A stretch of 62,694 bases of DNA, the filler included, from Globobulimina sp. (taxonomy: Eukaryota): the NCBI GenBank assembly GCA_003354225.1. It is 14 parts of 14 records of this genome, joined end to end, with 100 filler letters (N's around TTAATTAATTAA, not from the genome) between each part and the next. Parts side by side here need not be neighbours in the genome. Positions count along the whole stretch, not along the records: positions 8,977 to 13,363 come from PIVH01001290.1; positions 13,464 to 17,850 come from PIVH01001291.1; positions 17,951 to 22,337 come from PIVH01001292.1; positions 22,438 to 26,824 come from PIVH01001293.1; 10 more parts are not named here. The stretch is one strand, 5' to 3'. The position numbers were made by a program, and so were the translations under genes. Positions 12,972-24,678 of the stretch are shown piece after piece. The notes beneath the pieces were generated by a model. That model did no database searches, was not told the origin of the DNA, and was given only the letters and a program-made list of their open reading frames with translations. The stretch's first letter is position 1. Each line of letters begins with the position of its first letter.

Positions 12972-13120
12972 TTATGCTGTTTGTTTTCCATTTGTTTCTG
13001 TTTATAATTTGTTTGCATGCAATTGTGATTGATTCATGTTTTGTTATCATTTGATTGCCATTGCTGCTTTTGTTTCGTGTTGCCATTAAACTAAATGTTA
13101 ATTTCAGTAACATCGAAAAC

Positions 13121-13363
13121 CTCAGTCATCAGAAGATTTAGCATGGCATTCGGAAACAGTCGATCGTAATCAAAGACATTCAAACACATTCAAAAGAAGC
13201 AAAAGAATCAAAACATTGATGAATATTCAATTGATTGAATGTCCGTGAATCTATACATTCCAATGGATTCAACAGTACATTATAGGGCACATTCAGCCTA
13301 AAAAGATTCATGGTATATCCAAAAAATCCTATCTTGGCTTAAATTATCTCAAATCTATCCGAA
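13121..13363 (-). repeat. Right terminal inverted repeat (outer end cut by contig edge)
   Basis: Reverse complement of 8977-9219. Confidence 0.97.
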
Positions 13364-14077
13364 NNNNNNNNNNNNNNNNNNNNNNNNNNNNNNNNNNNNN
13401 NNNNNNNTTAATTAATTAANNNNNNNNNNNNNNNNNNNNNNNNNNNNNNNNNNNNNNNNNNNNATTTCGGATTTTATTCTTATAATTATCAGTAACGTGA
13501 ATGCCGTTTTTATCGACTTTATATACTGTTCTTTTTTCATCTTTTCTTCTCCATTCTTTAAAATAAGATTGTTTCCAGCTTGTACCATCAATTCTGGACG
13601 TGTATCAACTGCCCTCAGGTTCTGGAACGAAGGGGATCGACGACATGATTTTGCCAAAAACAGTCTTTTTAAAACAACAGTATAGGGTGAGAGTCTTTGC
13701 AAAACATGGTGTCCCTGCTTATGTTTTGATACGAATATGTTTGTATTATAATTTTTTAATAATAATCATCCAAACAATTGGCTTCGACATGCTTTTGATG
13801 CAAGTGACACTGAAAAACTTTGTATCTCGTCATCCTTAAGGAATTGGACAAAATAAATTATATCTCGGGAATCACAATAAAAAGTTATGTAGGATCACCA
13901 AATATCATTAGTTTTGGAGAACATAATAATTACAATATAACATAGATTTATATACAGTACTATATATTATTATTTTTAGTTTATTTTTTATGACTATGAG
14001 TATGTTTATCATTTGCCTGTCGATCCGAATTTTAATAGTTAATTATATTTTTTTTATGAATTATACAGATTGTAAAT

Positions 14078-14653
14078 CTAAAGCATAAGCTCCAAACAAA
14101 TAACATATGACAGCCATATTCCTCCGCAAACATGCCACCAAATGTGATATTTTTTAAATACAGATTTTGATTTCGCATTTCTTGATCCATTCAATAAATA
14201 TAGTCCAAAAATTGAGAATATTAGCACCGATATAAAACCAAGAATATTAAATGACAGCACCAAAATCTTTATCATCACAATAACAAAGCACATTGTTGCT
14301 ATATATTATTCAGTATATTTCGGATAATGCTGTAAGAAATACAAACTTATTTTGGTTAAACCTGTTGACCGATCAATGGCGTGCCACATTGACACTTGAC
14401 CCTGGACTATGTAATCAGAAATAAAGCTGTTAGTTGCTACCACGATATAAAAAGTAAATTCGTACACAATGTATTTTCTTAGATCGAATGCAACGAACCA
14501 TATTGTTACCGATGGCAACATATAGGCAAAACATGACAACCCAACTGCCCAATCAGTGAAGCGTTCGTATCTAGTTGGCTTAGGGGATAAAGTCATATGG
14601 AAGGCAGTTATCAGAAAGTTGATACTTCCGTTAAAGAACTCTGCCATGTTCAC
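14078..14653 (-). CDS. Multi-pass membrane protein, CREST-superfamily-like
   Basis: Intron 14299-14361 joins the two ORFs in frame; motifs NSFISDY, WHAIDR and YHIWWH in hydrophobic helices. Confidence 0.6.
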
Positions 14654-14768
14654 TTTAATATTTATTAAAAACTAGCTAAAAACTTCCTGCCTACTAACTG
14701 CAGCGCAATCCTTGTTTGACCACTTCTGACGTAGACGTCACACAACATTTTAGGTCGATACAATTAAG

Positions 14769-17700
14769 ATGGAAGAATTCGATCAAGAATTCGATACTTT
14801 ACAATTAAATGTATTTTCGAATACTAATATGGCCGCAGCCTTTAAATGTGAAAAATGCACAGAAGTGAGAATCCCAACAAATCCTTATGGTTGTGACAAA
14901 GGACATATTTTTTGCAAGAAATGTCTGGATGAATCCGTTGAAAATAACGAAAAATGTCCAAATGGACACCATGAAATTTTGAATTCAAATGAAAATGTTC
15001 CGATCAAAAATATTATTAATGGTTTACAAATTATGTGTCCAATGAATGATAAATTTGAAGACAAAAAAGAAAATAATATATCTGATCAATTAGAATGTGA
15101 ATGGAAAGGTTCTGTGGCTGAGTTATTTGCGCATTTACCAGAATGTCCGGTATACATTGAATTGAACAAAGTATTTGAAAATGACATTGCATTGAACCAA
15201 TTAAAACAAATCAAAGAAGATAATATTTCAATGAAGCAAACAATGAATGAAATGGCTTTAAAAATGACGAAAATGGCTTTACAAATAACTAATTCAGCCA
15301 AAGAATTAAAAAAATTAAAACACAGTTTACAGAATGACAATAATGACGATAATGACGATACGATGGAAGACCAAGATGATAAAAAGGAAACAAATATTAT
15401 TGGTACCTGCAATAAATGCAATAAAAATGTAGAATATTCATACAATAATATACAAATAGTAAATAACAAATGGCAGCATGTAAATTGTAATTATAAACCA
15501 ATACTATTAGCGGTCACCGATAATGATATATGGTCAGATGTATTTATATCCGCTTCTGTTATTATTGACAAACAGGCTGTGATGGTGGATCCGCAAAGCA
15601 CTGCATTTTATCGAAGTGTATTTGGTTCAATAACTGTCGACACTGACACTGGTATTAAACAATGGAAAATAAGAATAAATAAATTAGCAAACAGTAATAT
15701 ATTTATTGGTGTAATTAATGCATTTAAATTATGCCAATCGCAAAGTAGCACTGCGTATCAGAATGGTATCAGTTTGCATGCAAATGGCACTATTTACAGG
15801 TTTGATAAAGGTACTTATCAATGCGGCTATCAGTTCAAACAAGGCGACATTGTGACTATTATATTGGACATAAATAATCGTTTATTGGTGTTTAAAATTA
15901 ACCGTTCTGTCATTACCGTATCAGTTAATGATTTAAATATTGATTTGAGAAAATATAAATGGAAATTATATGCATCATTGTATAATCCCGGTGATCAAAT
16001 TGTATTATTAAATAGCGACAAACAATATGAATCAGGCGACGTATCTGACGATGAAAAAACAGATAATGCGGCCCCGGATTATGAATGCAGTAAATGTACT
16101 TCGTTAATATCAAAACGTGATTTTAAAGTAAATAATATCCATTGGTCAGCTGAGCATCAATGGCAACATAGTGACTGTTCATTGAGTAAATATAAATTAC
16201 CAAATTTATTACATGCGAATAAACCGGACGAATTTAACGAATTTGGAAGCATTTAAAGCTGACATTGCATTATCAAATGGCGGCAGAACATTTATGTCCA
16301 CAAAATCGAGTGTTTATCAAACAGTGTACGGCGTAATGTCCATTACAACTGGACAAAAAGTATGGGGCATTAACATTGACAGTGCCGCTTCGAATATGTA
16401 TGTAGGTATCATTGAGTCGGATAAAATACCAGATATTGCTGCAAATAGTATACCAAGCGCTGGCGCATATTATTTAGCATGGAATGGTCAAGTTGGTGGT
16501 TCTGGCTTAAGTTCACAATCGGGAATAACTTACAAAACCGGAGATGTGATAAATGTTATATTAGATTTAAATCAATATACATTAGGATTTGGTAGAAATA
16601 ATGATAAATATGTATTGGTCAATGATGTGAATTTAAAAAACAAATCGTTTAATATTTTTTGTACCGTGTATGCAATTAATAACAGTATGAGTTTTTCTGG
16701 TGCTGTTGGGGATGGAATGAACAAACCTGAAATTACGCAACCGATTGATTTATGTGAACAATGCAATAATAACATATTTTCGACTGATTTTGATTTACAA
16801 AATGTTATCTGGAATGAAACAAATAATAAATGGAATCACATAAATTGCAATTTAGAGGTTAAAGTACCGGACTTAGAATTATTAGATACGGATATGTGGC
16901 ATCCATTTTTATCAAATCCAGAGATTCAAATATATGAAAAGTATACATCGATTGGCGGTTTTAGTAGTTATTGGAATGTATTTGGTGTAATATCTGTCAA
17001 TAAAGGTATTAAAAAATGGGATGTTAAAATTAATGTTCAACCAAGCCATGTTTTTATTGGTGTGATTGATTCGAATGCAATGAAAAATAAGAAAGTTGGA
17101 CTTCCATCAAATGACGGCTATTATTTGCAATTTAATGGTTATATCCAAGGGAAATCATTAAGTATTCCAATGAATTGTACATTGAAAGTGAATGATGTCG
17201 TAACAATAATTTTAGATAAAAATAAGAAAACATTATGTTTTGGTATAAATTATAGCAATTTTAAATATGCAAAAGGTGCCGTGTTAAATGGTTCATATAA
17301 TTTATTTTGTACCTCATATTATCAAAATACATCAGTAACGATATTAGGAGATGCGGAAGGTAAAGATGATGAAAAAGATGAAGGGCAATGTATCGGTAAA
17401 TGTGTGAAATGCAGCAGAAATTTATTTGATAGTGATTTGAAATTAAAAAATTTAAAATGGGATGATATGCAAAATAAATGGTGTCATACGGATTGCAATG
17501 CGAAAAAGAAAACTGTTCCGAAATTACGGATGGCAGATATTGATCAATGGAATCCAAAATTAACAAATTCATGTATTCAGATTACTGATGGTTATAATTT
17601 TATAGGTGGTGGTAGCACATATTGTAATGCATTTGGTGTTATTTCTGTGAATAATGGTGTTAAAGTATGGACTCTCAGAATTAAATACCAACCAAGTCAT

Positions 17701-17799
17701 TTACATGTTGGTATTATTGATACGCGAGCTATTTTAACTTTTATTATTTACATTTCTTTTAAATTATTTATTTTTGAGTATATTGATTTCTTAGTGTGA
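14769..17799 (+). CDS. RING/TRAF-type zinc finger + coiled coil + repeated (CxxC..HxxC, SPRY-like) protein; frameshift near 16253
   Basis: RING-like CEKC..CDKGHIFCKKC..CP and TRAF-like CEWKG...HLPEC, then four mutually similar units. Removing one T from ATTTAAA at about 16253 joins ORFs 14769-16256 and 16213-17799. Confidence 0.75.
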
Positions 17800-19272
17800 A
17801 CCTTGTGTTTTTATTAATTAATTTACAAACTCAAATTTACGTGTTCTCAANNNNNNNNNNNNNNNNNNNNNNNNNNNNNNNNNNNNNNNNNNNNTTAATT
17901 AATTAANNNNNNNNNNNNNNNNNNNNNNNNNNNNNNNNNNNNNNNNNNNNGATATCTATATGATGGATTGGAAACATTAAAAATTATTAGTACCTTTAAT
18001 ATTTGTGCACGATCTTAATTACTTTTGTTTCCTTCTTCATCATTTAATTAAATCTTCCATAAATTATAAAGTTTCTTGCAATTTATGATTTGAACATCTT
18101 GCCCAGTCCACCACCACCACAGATATCAATTACTACACGCTACTCTACTTAAACAACAGTGGAGCGATATCCGGAAATCGGTTACCCCTCTGTCATGACC
18201 CAGATTCAATTGGCCACGCGCCCAATTCTATTGCTCATTGTTACTGGCCGCGACCCACATCTGGCCTAGTGTGTATTAACGTTTGTTTTTTCCGTCCAAC
18301 CTGGCTACATGGTTCGATTTATGTGGATTTCTTTATAAAAGAGATGGTATCTTGAAGAAATAAACTCTCAAGAAGAATAAATTGACATCAACGAAATGTA
18401 AAAGACATCTGAGAAGGAGAAGAGATTTCCTGACAAAAATGACTGTTTTTAGAAGAAAATTGAAATATTTTTCCACCTTCGCCTTGCTTTTTCTACATGT
18501 ACTCTAACTCGATATTAGGTAAGTATTTGATTTGAAATCTTTATCTCTTGTTCAGTATAACCATTTTGTTACAAAAAATTAATTTTTCTGGTATAAATAA
18601 GAACGATATTTTTGTTCTAAACAGAAAAACTGTACTGTAAGCAAAATATCAGTTGCATTCAAATTTTCAAAACTCTATTTTTTTTGCTGCCGGTGATAGA
18701 AAACCGACCTTTTTGACAACTTTATTACTGTGGCAATCTAGAGTGCATGACCATAATTTGGTAAATAGCTTTCGATAATTTCTGGATAGATAACTTTATT
18801 CATTTATTATTATTTCATACCAAAAACCTACAGATGCAGTCACGAAATTATTGTGACCTACTTCTATCGAAATCGAAATAATTTTTTTATTTTAGTGTAT
18901 CATTTGGGAACAGTCGATGTATCTGTCCCGACCTGTCATGTATAGTTGGTGTCCAGAACTTTGATCTGGTCATGGACAATATTATACACATACCCGTGTG
19001 ACATGAAGAGATTGGTAAGTAGGAGTAGTACAATTATTAAAAGTACATACTTAGTTTATTTATATATTACTATTTCAGTGATGCCAGCTGTCATTGTCAA
19101 AGTGAATGATATAATGAGTGAATTAGAAAGGTGTGCTAGTAAAGATGAATCAAGAAATACTAAAATATTACAGGTTAGTTGCATTGCTTTCTGTTCAGTT
19201 CACCTAGTAAAGGTTCGTTCCTCCCTTAGTTGGGCACACTAGACAGGCCATACATGAACGTTTCCATTTATA

Positions 19273-19967
19273 CAGGGTCGGGCAAAAAAATGTCCCAACG
19301 CGATTTTTTAGTTTTTTGAAAATGCTGTATTTTTTTGGTTCTCAACCAAATTGAAAGATTTTTTGGGGTATTATAACGTATAATACAAGGAAGTTCCAGT
19401 ATAAGTTTGGTGCAAATTGTTCGACGTGATACTGAGCTTTGTGTGAAAATGTCCAAAAATGCGTGTTTTACCAAAATGGCTACAATTCCTGTATTAATTG
19501 ATATCGGGTGGTTATTTTCTAGGATTTTACACACATAGGTCAGGGCAACTTAACCTGCGATTTTTGAGTTTCTAGCTTCTCCGGTAAAAAAATGCTCGAA
19601 TTTCATTTTTTTTAATGTTTTTGTGACAAAAAATGACCAAAAAATAAATTTTTGCGGAATTAGCTCAAAATTTACTCACAAGGACAATTTTTCGTGCTGA
19701 TTACTGCTGTGAAGTCGAAAATGACCCAAAACGACGATACATTTGTTTTTTGTTAGGTTTAAAAATGATAATTTGATAATTTTTCATTTTCGATTTTTAA
19801 AGTTGACAGAAAGTTTTTAAAACATGATCCGTTATAATAGCTTATAATAATTATTTAGTATGTTATAATACCCCAAAAAATCTTTCAATTTGGTTGAGAA
19901 GCAAAAAATTACAGCATTTTCAAAAAAGTCAAAAAACGCGATGGGACATTTTTTTTGCCCGACCCTG
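19273..19967. mobile_element. Tc1/mariner-type non-autonomous element (MITE), 695 bp
   Basis: About 105-bp imperfect TIRs (19273-19377 and 19862-19967) starting CAGGGTCGGGCAAAAAAATGTCCC; TA on both flanks; no transposase ORF. Confidence 0.9.
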
Positions 19968-20120
19968 TATTTTAACATTTTGAAATCGTCGTGGGAGTAA
20001 TCCTTGTATTTCAATCTTTGATAATGGAATTTTAATAGTTTTTTGGGGAGCGATTAAGTGTTTTTCTGACGTCCGGTCCTGGCAGCTAAGTAGTTTTTAC
20101 TGGTTTTTAAAACTTCCAAT

Positions 20121-20195
20121 TTTTATCGAATATTAAGAGTCAAAAATATGTCCTGACTTTTATCGAATATTAAGAGTCGAAAATATGTCCAGACT
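20121..20195. repeat. Two-copy tandem duplication of about 37 bp
   Basis: ttttatcgaatattaagagtc(a/g)aaaatatgtcc(t/a)gact twice. Confidence 0.85.
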
Positions 20196-20715
20196 ATGTA
20201 TTGTTTGGGTACTAACAAATCGAATCGGGTTTTGGGTATGGGTAGATATTTATTTTTCTATCCAATCTGGTATTGGATAAGTATTAAAGAAATGTAGTAA
20301 TTTTCGATTGCTTTTAATTTTTTCGCCAAATTTAGTGGCATTTCACGCAAAAAAAACATTACCAAAAACGGGTTTTACCCAAAAATAGCAAATTTGGCCA
20401 CATTTTTCGCGAGAGCGAAATTTATATAGCCCTAGGTATTAGGGTTTTTTATGAGCATTTTTGGTCAAAAAACCATCGATTTTACATTTTTAGGTTATTA
20501 TTATTATTTTCTATGGGGATTTTAAAAGTTTTTGCATTTTTTTAACGAAAAATGGACGATAATTTCAAATTATCAAAAATTCGTCTTCTGAATTAATATT
20601 TTGTGACTGCAAAAATACCAGTATCTGTACCCAATTTGCATGCAAAAAGGCCAAAATCGGGTATGGGTATAACATTTTATTCCCAATCAGGTATTGGGTA
20701 TGGGTTAAAGATGAG

Positions 20716-21441
20716 CAGACAGGTTTCTTAAGGGACTGCAAGTTGAAATGGACAGGTTTCTTAAGGGACCGCAAGTAGAAACGGTCAAGGTTCATTAGGG
20801 ACTGCAAGTTGAAATGGCAGGGTTCGTTAGGGACTGCAAGTTGAAATGTTCATATTTCTTATGGGACTGCAAGTTGAAACAGACAGGTTTCTTAAGAGAC
20901 TGCAAGTTTAAATGCACAGGTTTCTTATGGGACTGCAAGCTGAAAAGGGCAGAGTTCATTAGGGGCTTCAAGTTGAAATGGGCACGCTTCTTATGGGACT
21001 GCAAGTTGAAACAGACAGGGTTCTTAAGGGACTGCAAGTTGAAATGGACAGATTTCTTAAGGGACTGCAAGTTGAAATGGACAGGTTTCTTAAGGGACTG
21101 CAAGTTGAAATGCACAGGTTTCTTTTAGTACTGCAAGTTGAAATGGACATGTTTCTTAAGGGACTGCAAGTTGAAACAGACAGGGTTATAAGGGACTGCA
21201 AGTTGAAACAGACAGGTTTCTTAAGGTACTGCAAGTTGAAATGGACAGATTTATTAAGGGACTGCAAGTTGAAACAGGCAGATATCTTAAGGGACTGCAA
21301 GTTGTAATGGGCAGAGTTCATTCGGGCCTGCAAGTTGAAATGAGCAGGTTTCTTATAGGACTGCAAACAGACAGGGTTCTTAAGGGACTGCAAGTTGAAA
21401 TGGACAGGGTCTTAAGGGACTGCAAGTTGAAACAGATAGGG
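20716..21441 (+). repeat. 33-bp minisatellite, about 22 units
   Basis: Consensus GGGACTGCAAGTTGAAATGGACAGGTTTCTTAA; period 33 (e.g. units at 21061 and 21094). Confidence 0.95.
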
Positions 21442-21458
21442 TACATCCATCTGTTCAA

Positions 21459-21672
21459 TTCAACTTGCAGTACCTTAAGAACCCTCTCTGTTTCTACTTG
21501 CCATCTCTTAAGAAAAGAAACATGTCCATTTCAACTTGTTGTTCCTAATAAACCATACCCGTTCCAGCTTGCAGACCCTAAGAAACACGTCTGTTTCAAC
21601 TTGCAGTCTCTAAGAAACCTGTCCATTTCAACTTGCAGTCCCTAACGAACCCTATTCGTTTCAACTTGCAGT
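21459..21672 (-). repeat. Same 33-bp minisatellite, inverted, about 6 units
   Basis: TTTCAACTTGCAGTCCC units. Confidence 0.92.
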
Positions 21673-21679
21673 TGTGAGT

Positions 21680-22073
21680 TAGAGATGGGCATCGGGTTGG
21701 GCCCTGAGCTGGGTCGGGCTGGGCTGTCCAAAGTGAAAATCTATTGGGGCCAGGTCGGGCGGGAAGTTTTATCATGTTTTTTTGCCAAAAAGTCACAAAA
21801 AGTGCATATATTTTTCTAAAAACATGCGAATTATCTCAAATAGCACTGCTAATAGCATAAACAATAGGAAGATTAGTGATTTTTCTCCTCTATGTGACCA
21901 AAAAATGTATTTACGCATTTTTATGTTTGGGCTTTTTAGCTTAACGGGTCGGGCCCTATTTTTGAAATTTCTGTGCTGTCCAAAGTGGATGTCGATCGGG
22001 CCCAGGCCGGGCTCAACATCTACAAACTTTGGACTGGCTGGGGCAACAAAAAGGTGTCCAAGGCCCATCTCCA
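21680..22073. mobile_element. Possible hAT-like non-autonomous insertion interrupting the minisatellite
   Basis: Ends TAGAGATGGGC and GCCCATCTCCA (11-bp TIR, 1 mismatch); subterminal CGGGC/GGGCC motifs; no clean 8-bp TSD. Confidence 0.45.
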
Positions 22074-22337
22074 CTTGCATTCCCTAACGAACCCTGTCCG
22101 CATCAGCTTGCAGTCACTTAAGAACCCTGTCTGTTTCAACTTGCAATCCTTTAAGAACCCAGCCCATTCCCACTTGAGGTCCCTTAAGAACCCTGTCTGT
22201 TTCAACTTGCAGTCTCTTAAGAAACTTGTCCATTCCAACTTGCAGTCCCTAACGAACCCTGTCTGTTTAAACTTGCAGTCCCTTAAGAACCATGTCCATT
22301 TCAACTTGTAGTCCCTTAAGAACCCAGTCTGTTTCTG
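22071..22337 (-). repeat. 33-bp minisatellite, inverted, about 8 units, running to contig end
   Basis: Repeated TTCAACTTGCAGTCCCTTAAGAACCC. Confidence 0.92.
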
Positions 22338-22437
22338 NNNNNNNNNNNNNNNNNNNNNNNNNNNNNNNNNNNNNNNNNNNNTTAATTAATTAANNNNNNN
22401 NNNNNNNNNNNNNNNNNNNNNNNNNNNNNNNNNNNNN

Positions 22438-23400
22438 TCATGACAAATGCTCGCAGCACATCCAATGCCTCCATATTCGCATTCAAATATTGGTTTAGAT
22501 TTAATGGTTAACTGTCTGTTGCAGATATAACATTTGTACCAATCTGATTCCTTCAAAAAATCCGATGGAGACAGCTCGATTCGTATTCTTCCGCAAGTAC
22601 AATAATACAAAGCATTTGCTGTTATTAATAACTTCAATTTATTGTATAATATATCTTGTTGCTGTTTGAATTTATAATAATATTCTTTGAATACAATGTT
22701 GTATTTAAAATGTACTGAGAATATATTTATTTATATAAACAAGTCAAAGAAACAAAATGTTAATTGTAGAAAATTAAATATTTACTTAACAGCGCATCAT
22801 CATAAAGCAAAACAGTGTGCAATAATTATATAACTTGGCAATTTGTGGTTGATCATCATTGTCAATTATTAATATTTGACGGTTTATACATTCGAATTGA
22901 TGTTTAATATCAAAAATGCTGAAGGCAAATGATTCAATTTCTTTTTGAAACTCATTTTTTTTGCTAAAATGTTCTTTTTTCTCATGATGATAGAAATTAT
23001 ATATGTCCTTATTCCAACGTAATAATTGCATCAATATTCCAACTGAATCTGGTCCGATCTTTGTTTTATTTTGTAAGATATGGCTCATTTTATGAACAAG
23101 TCGCTGATAAAGCAAATCGTAAAATTTTGGATTGCTGTTGTTATGTTTTTCCTGTTCATATATAATTTGAGCGCATTTGGCACAAAAACCATAGCCATTT
23201 GAATGATATTTTGAATCGCCCAGTTTACTGCATGCATATAACATATCTTGTTTACTGTCAAATGTTCCCTCGCAAAATATACAGACAACACGATCACAAT
23301 CATATTTTTGCACCAATTCAACGGCGGTGAAATATTGCAAATAATCACCACAGATACAAACTACTTTCAGTTTGGTTTCGCCATGATCCATTATATTCAT
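22438..23400 (-). CDS. Hypothetical protein with two Cys-rich zinc-finger-like modules; probably spliced, 3' partial
   Basis: CICG..CIFC..C..H..GYGFCAKC in ORF 22786-23400 and CTCG..CYIC..C..C..C in the downstream ORF. Confidence 0.55.
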
Positions 23401-23549
23401 TTTTTTATTTTAACTTGGAAAAAACTTTTGATTTCCAACGGCGTGACTTGGCTCTTTCCACAGAAACACTATGAGATTGTGAACCTAAGAAATGCACCAT
23501 TTCAACTTTAATGAGCATCCAAAAGAAGTGTAACTGACATAAAACAAAA

Positions 23550-24533
23550 TTAAAAATGAGAGCATCCGCTTTGATGTCTGTCATTGTCAACCAATTTGTT
23601 GCTGTCTCGCCGTTCTTTTCTTTCTTCCATTCTGCGCTTTATTCGTTGTTGAACCATGTATTGTCCGTAGTAGCCATCAGAGACAAACAACAACAACGAC
23701 GGCAACATATTGTATCCAAATTGTAAACTACAGATGGCATCCTTTGCCATAATACGCATATATAAACTTCCAACAATTAATCCAAACAATGCAGCAAATA
23801 AATGACATTTGTAATCACTGGCAATGAAATTGGCTCTATTCGTTTTATTGAATATCCATGGATTACTTCGCAAGACTGACATATGAAGGAAATAGATCAG
23901 CAAATAACAATTAATTGTCATTCTTTGCGGACATAAATATAAAACAAATAAAGTCAACAAAATTAAAACTGGATAAGCTTTGATTGGGTTATGCTTAAAA
24001 TGTGATTTTTCACTCAATAAATGAAACATAAAATTGGTAATCAAACACCACATCGAACCGTAGTTTGAAGCAACAGTTTGCAACTTTAGATTTTGAAATA
24101 AATATTCTTGTCCAAACAGAATCGATGTGAATGCAATTAATCCATACACATTGCCCGAGGCACCACGACTCCATATATAGTCTGCGAGAAATTTTCCATC
24201 TGGATATAACTGCGCATAATAATATCGATCAGCTAACCACGTCAATACACAGCCAATGATTCCAAATAAAAAATATGTCAATAATAAATATATGGCACCA
24301 AATTTTATTTCAATCAGCATTGCCAATGGCAATAATAATGTCACTTCTTTAAATAAATGTGATGTATTGCCATGGAAAAAGGAGGAGAGGATTAAAACGT
24401 GATATTTGTGTGTTTTAAGGCTTTGTCCAGAGAAATTTATGTAATCGGCAGGGATTCTATACTTTAAATCTACGAAATGGCATATGATTGTTGTTGCGAT
24501 CAGATATAAAGAGATTAAAGGAAGCGGTTCCAT
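23550..24533 (-). CDS. Rhomboid family intramembrane serine protease
   Basis: SSFFHGNTSHLF, GASG (catalytic Ser), CHLFAALFG (catalytic His) and multiple hydrophobic helices. Confidence 0.85.
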   Translation of the reverse strand: MEPLPLISLYLIATTIICHFVDLKYRIPADYINFSGQSLKTHKYHVLILSSFFHGNTSHLFKEVTLLLPLAMLIEIKFGAIYLLLTYFLFGIIGCVLTWLADRYYYAQLYPDGKFLADYIWSRGASGNVYGLIAFTSILFGQEYLFQNLKLQTVASNYGSMWCLITNFMFHLLSEKSHFKHNPIKAYPVLILLTLFVLYLCPQRMTINCYLLIYFLHMSVLRSNPWIFNKTNRANFIASDYKCHLFAALFGLIVGSLYMRIMAKDAICSLQFGYNMLPSLLLFVSDGYYGQYMVQQRIKRRMEERKERRDSNKLVDNDRHQSGCSHF

Positions 24534-24678
24534 GTTTGGTGATTTTGTAGTTGATGACTATTAGCTCACTTACTCCAAGAAAACTTCAAAGCGATATAAA
24601 TAAATAAAGAATTTTGTTTTCACTCAAAATTCTAAAACGAAAGTATTTCAATATATAACCCAAATTTACATACTCATT

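Larger units (their letters stand above)
8977..13363 (+). mobile_element. Sola-like (probably Sola2) DNA transposon filling the whole contig
   Basis: Inverted repeats of at least 243 bp at both contig ends enclose one spliced transposase-like gene. Confidence 0.85.

Noticed and set aside
17951-19260. Protein-coding exons in the left part of contig 5
   Set aside because: Only short ORFs without motifs and an isolated donor-like site; not supportable
20565-22311. ORFs with 11-aa repeats (NLQSLKKPVHF, RDCKLK, GLQVE)
   Set aside because: By-products of a 33-bp unit that is open in several frames on both strands; no evidence of coding
20716-22337. CRISPR array (repeat core ends GTTGAAA, like many CRISPR repeats)
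   Set aside because: The intervening 16-bp parts resemble each other, the period is only 33 bp, the cores are degenerate, there are no cas genes and the context is eukaryotic. This is a minisatellite.
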